DNA from: a virus | DNA length: 64,000 nt | IMG/VR virus record: IMGVR_UViG_3300043446_002688 | Direction: 5' to 3' (one strand) | Shown: positions 1 through 10,867 of the stretch, one piece after another | Layout: every line of letters starts with the position of its first letter | Numbering within the stretch: the stretch's first letter is position 1 | Notes under the pieces: model-generated | The model's input: the letters and a program-made list of their open reading frames with translations, nothing else | The model's database searches: none | Told to the model about the DNA's origin: nothing | Made by a program: the position numbers and the translations under genes

Positions 1-1
1 A

Positions 2-1171
2 ATATACCAAGGTAGTAATGTTGAAGTATCATCCTACCGTTCAATGGTTAATTCAGTGTCATTATTGACACCATATAATAATCCTTCGCAGTCACTATAC
101 AATTTGCGTGTGTTTAACTACACATCTAATCCTGATCCAACACTGAATCTAAAGATTGATAGAAACATCAACCTAATTATGGCAAATACTGCCATAGATT
201 CTTCATACAACCAAAATGGTGTTAAGAATTATGGTGATGGCGCAGCAAAAGCAACGGCATCTTTCTTAAATGGTTTGTCATTAAGTCAAGGACAATACTT
301 GAACGCACAAGGTCAACCAAGTTCATTTAGTGTATTGCAAAGTGAAAAATTCAACAACTATACTTATGAAATTACAGTTGAAAAAGAAATTGAGAAGTAT
401 AGAAATGTGTTGAAGAGCTTGATACACCCAAGTGGTATGAAAGTTATTGGTAGGATGGCAGCCAAGATTCCATCAAACTTTGATTATCATGTACAGAAAG
501 CTTTGTTTGATGCACGACCATTCTATTATTATGTTGGTGCAACTGGTACAACGGCAACAATTGCAACAGATTTTACCAACAAGAGCAACAACATCATCAA
601 GTTTAATAACTTACTTGGTGCAAACCTTGCAAACATTATCTTTGCAAACTCAACAATCATTTCATTAGAGTCTGCACACGGCCCTAATGTTATGGCTCAA
701 GTAACAAAAGTGGATTCAGTTTCAGATACAATTACGGTTGCAGGTAATGTTTGGTTGACATTCACAAATGTGGCCACAGCAACTGCAAATTCTGGTTCAA
801 ACACCATAAATATTACAAGAGTTATAACCGACTCATACAATGTTGTTAACAACGGCACTTACAGTAACACCGCATATCCTTTGATGGATATATTATATCC
901 TGGTGATACAGTATTGGTCGCAAACAACACAGCAAAAGTAATTAGTTCGGTAGACTATGCAAACGGTAAAATTTATCTGACAAGTAATTTGTCGAGCGCA
1001 GCAAACTCTTATTTGCATGTCAGAAGAACATCATGGATTGCAAACAGTGCAATTGTAGGAAACCAAATTAGACTATTAGGTCCAGTCGGAACAGTATACA
1101 TACCAGAACTTATGACAGAAGATGGTAGAATAATAATAACAGAAGATGGCAGAACAATTATATTGGGGTAA
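2..1171 (+). CDS. C-terminal part of a large baseplate wedge protein (gp7-like); 5' end lies outside the window
   Basis: Frame is open from position 2, upstream of the ATG at 44. Contains KYRNVLKSLIHPSGMKVIG, resembling the Y..VK.L.HPAG motif of gp7-like wedge proteins. Lies upstream of gp8 and ends in tandem TEDG motifs. Confidence 0.6.
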   Translation: MYQGSNVEVSSYRSMVNSVSLLTPYNNPSQSLYNLRVFNYTSNPDPTLNLKIDRNINLIMANTAIDSSYNQNGVKNYGDGAAKATASFLNGLSLSQGQYLNAQGQPSSFSVLQSEKFNNYTYEITVEKEIEKYRNVLKSLIHPSGMKVIGRMAAKIPSNFDYHVQKALFDARPFYYYVGATGTTATIATDFTNKSNNIIKFNNLLGANLANIIFANSTIISLESAHGPNVMAQVTKVDSVSDTITVAGNVWLTFTNVATATANSGSNTINITRVITDSYNVVNNGTYSNTAYPLMDILYPGDTVLVANNTAKVISSVDYANGKIYLTSNLSSAANSYLHVRRTSWIANSAIVGNQIRLLGPVGTVYIPELMTEDGRIIITEDGRTIILG

Positions 1172-1174
1172 ACA

Positions 1175-2995
1175 ATGTCAACAGTAAAGATTTCGGAATT
1201 ACCATTAATTACGGCACTTAATGCCAACACAGCACAGACAATATTCTTGGCTGTGGACACCATCACCGATGTGACTGGTAGATTTACTGGTACAACACTA
1301 GCACAAGGCTTATATTCACACAATGTGTTGAATGTGGGTAACAATGCTGTTGTTTTACCCAATATCACCGGACAATTTGCTGGGTCATCGGACTATTATC
1401 TACAACTAAACCTACAAAATAATAGTGGTAATGGTTCAGGTGACATTGTTATTACCGCAAATAACGGTACAGATTCCACATATTATATTGATATGGGTTT
1501 AAATGGTTCAACATACAACTATGATGGATATACCTACGCAAAACCTCTGGACGGTTATCTGATTGTTCAGGGTGATACATCTGCGTTGCCTGGTGGTAAC
1601 CTGGTGATAGGTACAACTACTCCAAATAAGAATGTATCGTTTGTTTTGGGAACCACAGATGCAACTGGCATCATTGCACAGTTTGTACACAACCAAGGTT
1701 TCAAAATGATTGGCAAACCAATCATCTTTCAAGACAACACTTCTCAGAATACCGCAGCGGCACCTTTCATATACAGTAACGCATCATTCTTACATGCCAA
1801 CTCCGGTTTCGTTCACGCAAACGCAGCCATTCTAAAAGCAAACGCAGCATTTATTGTTGCAAACTCGGGCGCAGCATTTGCCAATACTGTTGCTGATACT
1901 GCCGCACAGGCCATCATCAACGCCGCAACAGCAGATTCTAAGGCAGTTACTGCTGGTAACTATGCAAACTCAGCATTCTTAAAGGCGAATACACCAACAC
2001 ATGTTGCAAACTCTGCTGCGTTGTATGCTAACGGTGCTTTCATAAAGGCAAACGCTGCATTTGCATCTGCTAACGCAACAGATTCTTATGCATATTTTGG
2101 TTACACACACGCAAACTCTGCATTTGCCAAGGCCAACTCTGCACTTGCAAATACATCTGGTACATTTGCTGGTTCAATGACAATTACAGACAACTTAAAT
2201 GTTAATGGTGTCATCAAGTTTGCAAACTCATCATTCGGTTCAAGTCAGGCATTGGTTACAATTAGTGCATCAAATACAGGCATAACACAAACTCCAGGTG
2301 GTGATGGTTATGTTCTGCATATTACAGGCAAACATAATGTTTCAACAAGAGTTATTTCAGATTCTTATGGTGCTAACGGACAATTAGTTTTTCCTATATT
2401 TGGTGGCCGTGCAGCACGAGGTAATGTATCACATCCATCTGCTGTTCAGACTGATGATGTATTGACACGCATCGGCGCAAGCGGTTATGGGGCGACCGCA
2501 TGGCAATCTGGAGGAACATCAAGAATTGATTTTGTTGCAACAGAAAATTATACAGACACAACTCGTGGTTCAGCAATCAAGTTCTACAATGTTGAGAACG
2601 GTTCAAACACACTAGTAAATATTGCAACCTTCAATGCAAATAATGTTTCATTTACTGGTTATGTAAATCCATCGAAAGGTGTCGTATATTCACCAAGATT
2701 ACCAGCAGGTCCACAGACTGCAATCACGATTGACTATATATCAGACTCGGTGATTAAAGCCAACTGTGCTGCTGATGTAACAATTTCACACAGTAACTAT
2801 GTTGCAGGTAAAATTGTTGAAATGTGGTTAGTCAATACAGACAACTCAAACCACACCATCACACACGGTTGTGCTGCGTTGCGTTCAACAAACAAATCAA
2901 CTACTGTCACAATTACTGCGGGAAGTTCTATGTACATGAAGTTCTTTAGTATTGACGGTGATAATGCAAACACATTCGTTTCTATTAATGGTTAA
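1175..2995 (+). CDS. Baseplate-associated fibre/structural protein (606 aa)
   Basis: N-terminal KISELP motif, central ANAAF/ANSA heptad repeats, a module shared with ORFs 17887 and 27522, and a beta-rich C-terminal domain. Confidence 0.6.
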   Translation: MSTVKISELPLITALNANTAQTIFLAVDTITDVTGRFTGTTLAQGLYSHNVLNVGNNAVVLPNITGQFAGSSDYYLQLNLQNNSGNGSGDIVITANNGTDSTYYIDMGLNGSTYNYDGYTYAKPLDGYLIVQGDTSALPGGNLVIGTTTPNKNVSFVLGTTDATGIIAQFVHNQGFKMIGKPIIFQDNTSQNTAAAPFIYSNASFLHANSGFVHANAAILKANAAFIVANSGAAFANTVADTAAQAIINAATADSKAVTAGNYANSAFLKANTPTHVANSAALYANGAFIKANAAFASANATDSYAYFGYTHANSAFAKANSALANTSGTFAGSMTITDNLNVNGVIKFANSSFGSSQALVTISASNTGITQTPGGDGYVLHITGKHNVSTRVISDSYGANGQLVFPIFGGRAARGNVSHPSAVQTDDVLTRIGASGYGATAWQSGGTSRIDFVATENYTDTTRGSAIKFYNVENGSNTLVNIATFNANNVSFTGYVNPSKGVVYSPRLPAGPQTAITIDYISDSVIKANCAADVTISHSNYVAGKIVEMWLVNTDNSNHTITHGCAALRSTNKSTTVTITAGSSMYMKFFSIDGDNANTFVSING

Positions 2996-3001
2996 TAAAT
3001 A
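2994..3001 (+). promoter_or_regulatory. T4-type late promoter candidate (AATAAATA) for g8
   Basis: TAAATA core just upstream of the g8 ATG; matches the gp55-dependent late consensus TATAAATA at 7 of 8 positions. Confidence 0.5.
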
Positions 3002-3005
3002 AATC

Positions 3006-4385
3006 ATGGCAAATAAATCACTCATTACATATGGCGCAAAGGTTGGACAGGTCGAACAGACCTACTATGCGCCTGTTGCTGTAGTTCCACCAGCGAACAC
3101 ATCTATCAGTCAGTCATATTGTTTCTTGGCAAAGGCAGAACCTTGGCCAGATGAAAACAATCCGCCTATACCATCACAAGATGTTAAGTCATTGAAGTTA
3201 ATCTTCAAGAACATTTTTGCTGCAAAACATATCACATCAAATGATATTGCACCCGTAATTAAACGATATGATTGGGTGTCAGGCACAGTTTATGACCGTT
3301 ATATTGACACGGTTGACATGTTTGAGTTGGACGAAAACGGAAACCCAACTAAATTTTACTATGTGAAAAATAGATACGACCAAGTATTTAAATGCCTATG
3401 GAATAATAATGGTGCAGCTTCGACTGAAGAACCATACTTTGAACCAGGTACATACAATGCAAGTAACATTTTCCAAGGTACAGATGACTACAAGTGGAAG
3501 TATATGTACACAGTTGACGCTGGTTCTAAATTGAAATTCATGGACTCATCTTGGTTACCAGTACCAATTGGTAAAAACATACCAAACCCATTGGACAATA
3601 CGGCTGGTGCAGGTAACATTGATGTCATCAACGTATTGGATGGTGGCCTTGGTTATGATCCTGCCAACTCAGTTGTTTCCGTAGTGATTACAGGCGATGG
3701 TAAAGATGCGGCCGCAACGGCCGTAGTTTCAGGTGAAGTCATCACAGACATTCTCGTGACCAATGCAGGTAGTAATTATACATACGCAAACGTTGCAATC
3801 TCAACTTCTATTGGTTTCGGTGCAATCTTGGAGTGTTCCACATCACCAATTGGTGGCCACGGGTTTGATCCAATCTCAGAACTAGGTTGCAATCATGTTA
3901 TGTTGAGTGTTGAGTTTAATGGTTCTGAGAGTGGTATTATACCAACAGACATTGACTATCACCAAGTAGGTATCATTGTAAATCCAACCACAAAAACATT
4001 AGATGAAGCCTACGCAAACTATATTCCTGCATCAGGCAACATCTACAAAACAACAACAGACTTCGTTGTGGCGCCAGGTTTTGGTTTATTTACAAACGAT
4101 GAGATTGTATATCAAGGTCCAGACCTTGCAACTGCATCATTTTTTGGAAGAGTTTTGAGTTTTGACCCAGCAACCAATGTGGTAAGACTTCTAAATATGA
4201 CAGGAACACCAACAATCAACTCGCCGTTGAAGGGTGACACATCAACAACAACAAGAACAATATTATCATACAGTGAACCAGACTTTGCAATTTTCTCCGG
4301 TTACATATCACACATCGAGAATAGAGCTGGAGTTTCTAGAAGCACTGATGGTATAGAACAATATAAATTTGTATTAGGTTACTAA
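3006..4385 (+). CDS. g8: Baseplate wedge subunit gp8
   Basis: Motifs RYDWVSGTVYDRY, FYYVKNRYDQVFKCLWNNNG, DDYKWKYMYTV, GGHGFDPISELG and C-terminal IENR...EQYKFVL are typical of gp8 in T4-like phages. Confidence 0.9.
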   Translation: MANKSLITYGAKVGQVEQTYYAPVAVVPPANTSISQSYCFLAKAEPWPDENNPPIPSQDVKSLKLIFKNIFAAKHITSNDIAPVIKRYDWVSGTVYDRYIDTVDMFELDENGNPTKFYYVKNRYDQVFKCLWNNNGAASTEEPYFEPGTYNASNIFQGTDDYKWKYMYTVDAGSKLKFMDSSWLPVPIGKNIPNPLDNTAGAGNIDVINVLDGGLGYDPANSVVSVVITGDGKDAAATAVVSGEVITDILVTNAGSNYTYANVAISTSIGFGAILECSTSPIGGHGFDPISELGCNHVMLSVEFNGSESGIIPTDIDYHQVGIIVNPTTKTLDEAYANYIPASGNIYKTTTDFVVAPGFGLFTNDEIVYQGPDLATASFFGRVLSFDPATNVVRLLNMTGTPTINSPLKGDTSTTTRTILSYSEPDFAIFSGYISHIENRAGVSRSTDGIEQYKFVLGY

Positions 4386-4394
4386 AGGAAAAAA

Positions 4395-7300
4395 ATGGCT
4401 CTGTATTTTAACGTTGATCCTTACTACGATGATTTTGATTCAACAAAAAACTTCCATCGTATTCTTTTCAAGCCAGGTTTTGCGGTTCAGGCTAGAGAAT
4501 TAACACAGGCACAAACCATCCTTCAAAACCAAGTTACAAAGTTTGCAGATAACATCTTCAAACAAAATTCACCCGTAACTGGTGGTCAGGTAACAACCAA
4601 CTTCGATTGTTACTATATCAAATTACAATCTACCTACAATAATGTTGCAATTGATGTAACACAATGGGAAGGTTTGTTGGTACAAAGTGCAGAAGGTGAT
4701 GTTATTGCACGAGTTCTGCAAGTGGCTGTACCAACCGGTACTGGCGGTGAAGGTGATCCACCAACATTGGTTGTTGCATATAAGACCGGCACACACTTCA
4801 CAGACAATGATGTAATCTATGATGTGAATTCTAACCTTGCTGTTCAGGCCTTAGCAAATAGTTCCACAGGCAAATCTTCTGTTGCATCTATTGCTGATGG
4901 TGTATTCTATATTGAAGGACACTTTGTTCAGATTCAATCACAAACAGTTATCATTGACAAGTACAATGATGCACCAAGCAGACGCATTGGTTTGAATGTT
5001 GCAGAAACAATCTATGATTATGTCAACGATGCATCGTTGTTGGATCCAGCCGTTGGTTCTTCCAACTATCAGGCACCAGGTGCAGACAGATATGTTATAC
5101 AATTAACATTAGAGACTCGTCCAATTCAGTTGGGTGATGATGATGCTTTCGTGGAATTGGTTCGTGTGACCAATGGTTCTGTTGCCAAATTGGTAGACGG
5201 ATCAGTATACAATGTTATTGATGATTACTTTGCTAAACGTGACTATGAAACCAATGGTGATTATGTTGTAGAAGATTTCAAACTAACACCAAAAACAAAC
5301 GAAGATACAACCAAATACACACTATCGGTTGGTAAAGGTTTGGCTTATGTACACGGATATCGTGTAGAGAATCCAACAGCAACTGATTTGGTATCCAATC
5401 GTGCAAGAACAACCGCAACCCGTGGAAATGGTCCTGTTTATATTGACTATGGTTCTTATGTCTATGTTGATACTGTTCGTGGCAACTCACAAGACTTTTT
5501 CGATTTCACTACTGCACAACCAATAGATTTACATTGTGTTAATGTAAACAATGTAAATAGAACAAACACAACCACATACGGCGCAACAACAGTTGCTTCA
5601 GGTTACATTCGCAATTTGGTTTATACTGGTGCATCCAATAGTGCAAACGCAAACACATACATCTACAAAGCATATGTTTATGGGTTACAAAATGGTGCAC
5701 CATCAGCAAATGCAACCGCAGGTTCAACAAATACAATCACTTTGCCTGGTACATTCTCTGCAACAAGCAATGCATATGATGGTGTAAATATTACCATCAC
5801 AAATGGTACCAACGCAGGTGACACTAGAACCATCACAGGTTACAATGGTACAACTCGTGTTGCATATCTAAATCAAAACTGGACAACAACACCTGATACA
5901 ACATCAGTATTCGTATTGAATTTTGATATCAAAGATACTGAAGCTTTGGTGTCTGTGGATGGTAGTTTCAATGTTCTCGGTTCATCTTCTATCAACACTC
6001 AAGGTAAAACAAATGGTGTTGGTTCGGGAGATACAGAACTAAAAAATCCTGGTTCACCAGAACTAATCTTTAATGTTGGTAATCCTTATATTTCCACAAT
6101 ATCAGATACTTCATACACCACTCAACAAGTGTGGAGAAACTTATCATTCACATCTGCTGGTGGATCAGTTACAGCTGAAGTGAATTACAGTAACGCATTA
6201 CAAGGCATCTTCACACACTTTGGAACACCAAGTTCTGTATTGAGTGATGAAACAGTAATGGAAAATTTTACAGTCATTGTAACAGACAAAGGTTCAAACA
6301 CCACAATTAAAAATGGTGACATTGTACCTTGGGTTTCAGCAGAAAGAACTGTGACTTTAGACAGTACATCAGCTGTTGCAACATTAGCTGCAACAGATTT
6401 ATTACCGTTCACCGCAATGGTTATTGTAAAAGTATTTGTTGTGAACGCAGACAACACAGGTTATGTGTTAAGGTCTAAGAACTTAATTGAAGCAAACACA
6501 ACTGCGGTAAACATTTCTGGTACACAAGTTAACACATATACATTTGTTGATGATGCAGCATTAACTTCTAAAGGTCAAGTGTATATTCAAAATGGTGGAC
6601 TAGTATCACCAGGACAAAAACAAACATTATATTTGTCTGATGTTAAACGTATTGTAAAAATAATTGATACAAAAGCATCCGGCACAACACCAACATCTGG
6701 TATGTTGTCGAGTCCAACATATGATATTACAAACAACTATACATTCGATAATGGTCAAAGAGATGGTTACTATGACCATGCCTCTATCACATTAAAACCA
6801 GGTGCACCACAACCTGTTGGTAACATCTTAGTATTGGTAGATTACTACCAACACACAGGTGGTGACGGTTACTTTGCAGTAACATCATATACAAGTTCAA
6901 CTCTTCCAGAAGATTATAGAAGTATTCCTTCTTATAGAAGTAATGGCGGTACTGTTTATAGTCTGCGTGATTGTTTAGACTTTAGACCTGCAAGATTAAA
7001 TGCACAAGCAGATTTCACTTTCCGATTCTCAACAACAGGTACACAGAACTATGGTTTGAATTTGCCAGTTGACTTGACAACATTCGTTGGTGATTCTGAG
7101 TATTATCTTGGTAGAAAAGATAAGTTGACTCTAAGTAAAGACCGTCAATTTAATATCATTGAAGGTTCTCCTTCATTAACACCATTACCACCAACAGAGC
7201 CAGATGGTTCATTGGTATTGGCCAACATCGAACATGCACCTTACACAGGTTATATTCCAACAGAAGTACCAGCAGGTTTAATTTCTGACCTGTCTATCGA

Positions 7301-10300
7301 AAAAGTACAACACAAACGTTATACTATGCAAGACATTTCTGGTTTGGAATCCAGAATCAACAAGGTTGAGTACTATACTTCATTGAACTTGTTGGAACAA
7401 AAAGCACAGTCTCTACAAATTTCCGATTCATATGGTCTAAACAGATTCAAGAATGGCATTTTAGTTGATGACTTCTCAAGTTATGCAGCTGCTGATACTA
7501 TGAGTTCAGATTATTCTGCCTCTATCAACCGCAGAGACCGTATACTGAGTGCATCACATACAGTTAAAAACTTCCCATTGAAATCAACCGCATTGGTTAA
7601 TAACATCGGCAAGTTGGCTGCAAACTCAGCAGCATCTTTGGGTTATGAAATTGACAGTAGTGGTTTGGTAAACTACTTCAGTCTACCATACTCAACATCA
7701 AATGTGGCAACACAAAAATTTGCATCACGCACCGTGAATGTTAACCCATTCTCATTTATTTCCAGACAAGGTGTGGTAGATTTGACACCTAACATTGACA
7801 ACTGGGTTGATACCGACTATGCACCAGCATTGTTGGTGGTTGATCCTAACCTACAGGTGTACAGCCAATCTAATACCATTACAACAATGTCTGTTGGTGA
7901 CTGGAAGGGTATTCCTGGAACACAGACAAAAAAATTAACAGAAAAAGTAACTAGTGGTCTAAACTTTACAATTACCAATACCACAACCGATACTTATGAA
8001 AACAAATTACAACAAAATCTTCTTGGTGCATACCAGAAAATAGATAACACATACTCAATTAATAATGGTTACATAACTGATATTACAATTTTACCATATA
8101 TTCGTCCACAACAGGTCGTTATTCGTGGTAAAGATATGTTGTTGAACACAACAGTTAATAACTATTTTGATGATGTTAATGTTGATAAGTATGTGCGTAA
8201 GGCCAACATCATTGAATTGACAGGAGTTTCTGGTACATTCAATGAGAATGATGTGATTGGTTATTACACAGGCGGTGTGTTCACACCCACTGGTCGTATT
8301 TTAGGTGTCTATAAGAAAACATCTACAACAGTAAGATTGTATGTTGCTGCTGATGGTAAAACATCATCTTATACAACCAACGGCGTTATACAAAATGGAT
8401 TCTTCAACTCAAGTGGTACATACACATCATCTACCGCATCAGGTTCGTTGAGTTCAACATCACACTTTGGTGGTCAGATTGCATACGCTCAGACAGCAAC
8501 AAAGATTGTTCTGACTGGTACTGCATCAACAACAAATGATTACTATGTTGGCAATACAATCTACATCAATACAGGTTCTGCTGCAGGTCAATCTGCAACC
8601 ATTTCTACATACTATGGTGCAAACCAAACAGCAGTATTGAGTACAAGTATTGGTACTGCCAACGGCGATATCTATTCTATGGGCACATTCAAGACAGACC
8701 AAACTGGTTCAATGTATGGTGTTTTCAGTATTCCACCAAATACTTTCCATACAGGTCAACGTGTTCTACGCATTGATGATTCTAATGGAAATTCAGGATC
8801 ACAAAGTACATTTGCAAGAGGTACATTTTACTCCGAAGGTCTTCACACCAGAGCGCAACAATTGGACTTTGGTGCCTCACCAGCTGGTGCAAAAGGTACA
8901 TTCATTCAAAATAACTATGCGAACAATGTATTAATATCTTCATCAACCTCAACACTTGAAAATCGTTGGGATCCTATTGCACAAACATTTATCTTTGATA
9001 AAGACAATTATCCAAATGGTTTATTCCTAAGTTCAGCAACATTCTTCTTCAAGACCAAACCAACTTCTGACAGTTCACCAATTATGTTGTCTATCGTTGG
9101 TACATTAAATGGTTATCCAAATGGTGAAACATTAGACAACTCTATTGTAAGTTTGATACCAGAACAAGTTAATATTTCAGACACACCACAATTCTTGGAC
9201 AAAACAACTGCAACAACATTCCAGTTCCCTGTTCCAATTTACATTCAACCTGGCGTGTTGTATTCTTTCATTCTGAAATCAAACTCTAAAGAGTATACAG
9301 TTTGGACCGCATCAAGTGGTGATACAGCTTTAACATCTTCAGTTAAGAATCAACCAAGCGATCCAACACCATCAACAATCACCAAGATTGGTGGTGCACC
9401 TTATGTTGGTGGATTGTTTGTGTCTCAAAACTCACAGACATGGACTGCTGACCAAAATCAGAGTCTGATGTTTGTGATAGACCGTTGTGTCTTTGATACA
9501 ACTGCCACACCTACATTACAGTATGTGGTGCCTAAGAAGTTGCCACAAAGAACATTGGTTGAACAAGGCATTCAATACTACCTAAATGCAAACAATATTT
9601 CTGGTGTAATTGATTCTGTGTCTAACACAAGCATTTATGCTGATGCATTTAACATCACAACAACAGACTTCTTGCCCACAACAACAGCAATCAACTACAC
9701 ATACAATGCAACATTGGTTGGTGGTACTGCTGCGGGTACAGTAAACATCCGTCCTGGTAAATTCGGTACACCATCATCTGATGACATTTACTTGAGTGAT
9801 GGTAAAGGTAAGCGTATGTTGGATGCAAATAGTGGCACCTCATTCTCATTATATGCACAGTTATCAACAAACGATAACGCAGTAAGTCCTATCATTTCTG
9901 ATGCAGGCCTTTCTACATATGCAATCAAGTGGAACATCAACAACTGTGAATTGTCTAACAACTTAATCACAGTAACAAATGGTGGAAGTAACTTTAATGC
10001 ATCAAATGCTGTTGTGACTTTCTCTGCACCAACGGGTACAGGTGGCACACAGGCTTATGGTGTTGCAAATGTGGTTTCTGGCAAAGTCGATGCAGTTTAT
10101 GTGACACAACCAGGTTCTGGTTATATTACCACACCTACTGTAACAATTACGGCATCATCTGGTTCTGCAACAGGTGCCACAGCAATTGTTTCAGGTGAAA
10201 CATCTAAGTCTGGTGGTAATGCGACTGCAAAATATGTTACTAAGAAGGTAGTATTGGATGCAGGTTTCGATTCTGGTGACTTGAATGTTTACTTGTCTGC

Positions 10301-10646
10301 ATATCGTCCAGTCAACACAGACATTCATGTGTACTACAAGATTCTAAATCGTAACGACACACAACGATTTGATGATGGTTCATGGCAATTGATGACACCA
10401 ATTAACAGTTCTGGTTCTAAGTATTCTACTGGCCGCAATGATATTATTGAGTATTCATTTGCACCAGGAACAAACGGTACAGACCAAGGTTATGTAAAAT
10501 ACACCAGTACAAATGGACAAACATACTCATCGTTTAGTCAATTTGCAATTAAAATTGTATTTACATCATCAGACAGTACATATGTACCGTATGTAACCGA
10601 TTTGAGAGCAATTGCATTGCCTTCTAACGTTAACACCACATTCTAA
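4395..10646 (+). CDS. Giant virion structural protein, DUF4815/VrlC-like (2083 aa)
   Basis: N-terminal FNVDPYYDDFD..KNFHRILFKPGFAVQARELTQAQTILQNQ, plus APGADRY, RDYETNGDY, NRFKNGILVDDF and DPIAQTF motifs. Directly follows g8, as in cyanophage-like T4 genomes. Confidence 0.85.
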   Translation: MALYFNVDPYYDDFDSTKNFHRILFKPGFAVQARELTQAQTILQNQVTKFADNIFKQNSPVTGGQVTTNFDCYYIKLQSTYNNVAIDVTQWEGLLVQSAEGDVIARVLQVAVPTGTGGEGDPPTLVVAYKTGTHFTDNDVIYDVNSNLAVQALANSSTGKSSVASIADGVFYIEGHFVQIQSQTVIIDKYNDAPSRRIGLNVAETIYDYVNDASLLDPAVGSSNYQAPGADRYVIQLTLETRPIQLGDDDAFVELVRVTNGSVAKLVDGSVYNVIDDYFAKRDYETNGDYVVEDFKLTPKTNEDTTKYTLSVGKGLAYVHGYRVENPTATDLVSNRARTTATRGNGPVYIDYGSYVYVDTVRGNSQDFFDFTTAQPIDLHCVNVNNVNRTNTTTYGATTVASGYIRNLVYTGASNSANANTYIYKAYVYGLQNGAPSANATAGSTNTITLPGTFSATSNAYDGVNITITNGTNAGDTRTITGYNGTTRVAYLNQNWTTTPDTTSVFVLNFDIKDTEALVSVDGSFNVLGSSSINTQGKTNGVGSGDTELKNPGSPELIFNVGNPYISTISDTSYTTQQVWRNLSFTSAGGSVTAEVNYSNALQGIFTHFGTPSSVLSDETVMENFTVIVTDKGSNTTIKNGDIVPWVSAERTVTLDSTSAVATLAATDLLPFTAMVIVKVFVVNADNTGYVLRSKNLIEANTTAVNISGTQVNTYTFVDDAALTSKGQVYIQNGGLVSPGQKQTLYLSDVKRIVKIIDTKASGTTPTSGMLSSPTYDITNNYTFDNGQRDGYYDHASITLKPGAPQPVGNILVLVDYYQHTGGDGYFAVTSYTSSTLPEDYRSIPSYRSNGGTVYSLRDCLDFRPARLNAQADFTFRFSTTGTQNYGLNLPVDLTTFVGDSEYYLGRKDKLTLSKDRQFNIIEGSPSLTPLPPTEPDGSLVLANIEHAPYTGYIPTEVPAGLISDLSIEKVQHKRYTMQDISGLESRINKVEYYTSLNLLEQKAQSLQISDSYGLNRFKNGILVDDFSSYAAADTMSSDYSASINRRDRILSASHTVKNFPLKSTALVNNIGKLAANSAASLGYEIDSSGLVNYFSLPYSTSNVATQKFASRTVNVNPFSFISRQGVVDLTPNIDNWVDTDYAPALLVVDPNLQVYSQSNTITTMSVGDWKGIPGTQTKKLTEKVTSGLNFTITNTTTDTYENKLQQNLLGAYQKIDNTYSINNGYITDITILPYIRPQQVVIRGKDMLLNTTVNNYFDDVNVDKYVRKANIIELTGVSGTFNENDVIGYYTGGVFTPTGRILGVYKKTSTTVRLYVAADGKTSSYTTNGVIQNGFFNSSGTYTSSTASGSLSSTSHFGGQIAYAQTATKIVLTGTASTTNDYYVGNTIYINTGSAAGQSATISTYYGANQTAVLSTSIGTANGDIYSMGTFKTDQTGSMYGVFSIPPNTFHTGQRVLRIDDSNGNSGSQSTFARGTFYSEGLHTRAQQLDFGASPAGAKGTFIQNNYANNVLISSSTSTLENRWDPIAQTFIFDKDNYPNGLFLSSATFFFKTKPTSDSSPIMLSIVGTLNGYPNGETLDNSIVSLIPEQVNISDTPQFLDKTTATTFQFPVPIYIQPGVLYSFILKSNSKEYTVWTASSGDTALTSSVKNQPSDPTPSTITKIGGAPYVGGLFVSQNSQTWTADQNQSLMFVIDRCVFDTTATPTLQYVVPKKLPQRTLVEQGIQYYLNANNISGVIDSVSNTSIYADAFNITTTDFLPTTTAINYTYNATLVGGTAAGTVNIRPGKFGTPSSDDIYLSDGKGKRMLDANSGTSFSLYAQLSTNDNAVSPIISDAGLSTYAIKWNINNCELSNNLITVTNGGSNFNASNAVVTFSAPTGTGGTQAYGVANVVSGKVDAVYVTQPGSGYITTPTVTITASSGSATGATAIVSGETSKSGGNATAKYVTKKVVLDAGFDSGDLNVYLSAYRPVNTDIHVYYKILNRNDTQRFDDGSWQLMTPINSSGSKYSTGRNDIIEYSFAPGTNGTDQGYVKYTSTNGQTYSSFSQFAIKIVFTSSDSTYVPYVTDLRAIALPSNVNTTF

Positions 10647-10648
10647 TC

Positions 10649-10867
10649 ATGTTACTTAAAGTCCAAGGTACAGAATTTGTCCGTGACACAAACTCCACGG
10701 CCCTCATCAATAGAGATGCAACGGGCCTAGAGGAGTACTATAAGAAAAGACGCATGATGGCTGCCCAAAAGGATGAAATAAATAACCTGAAGAAAGAACA
10801 CGAGAACATCAAAATGGAATTATCCGAAATCAAACAACTGATGTTAAAACTATTGGAAAAAAACTAA
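10649..10867 (+). CDS. Small conserved coiled-coil protein (72 aa)
   Basis: LVRD..S.ALIN-type N-terminus (FVRDTNSTALINRD) and a heptad C-terminus; usual neighbour of the VrlC-like gene. Confidence 0.7.
   Translation: MLLKVQGTEFVRDTNSTALINRDATGLEEYYKKRRMMAAQKDEINNLKKEHENIKMELSEIKQLMLKLLEKN

Noticed and set aside
4395-10646. VrlC 'virulence-associated' label as evidence of a toxin
   Set aside because: This family is a routine baseplate-region structural protein of aquatic T4-like phages; the name is historical.
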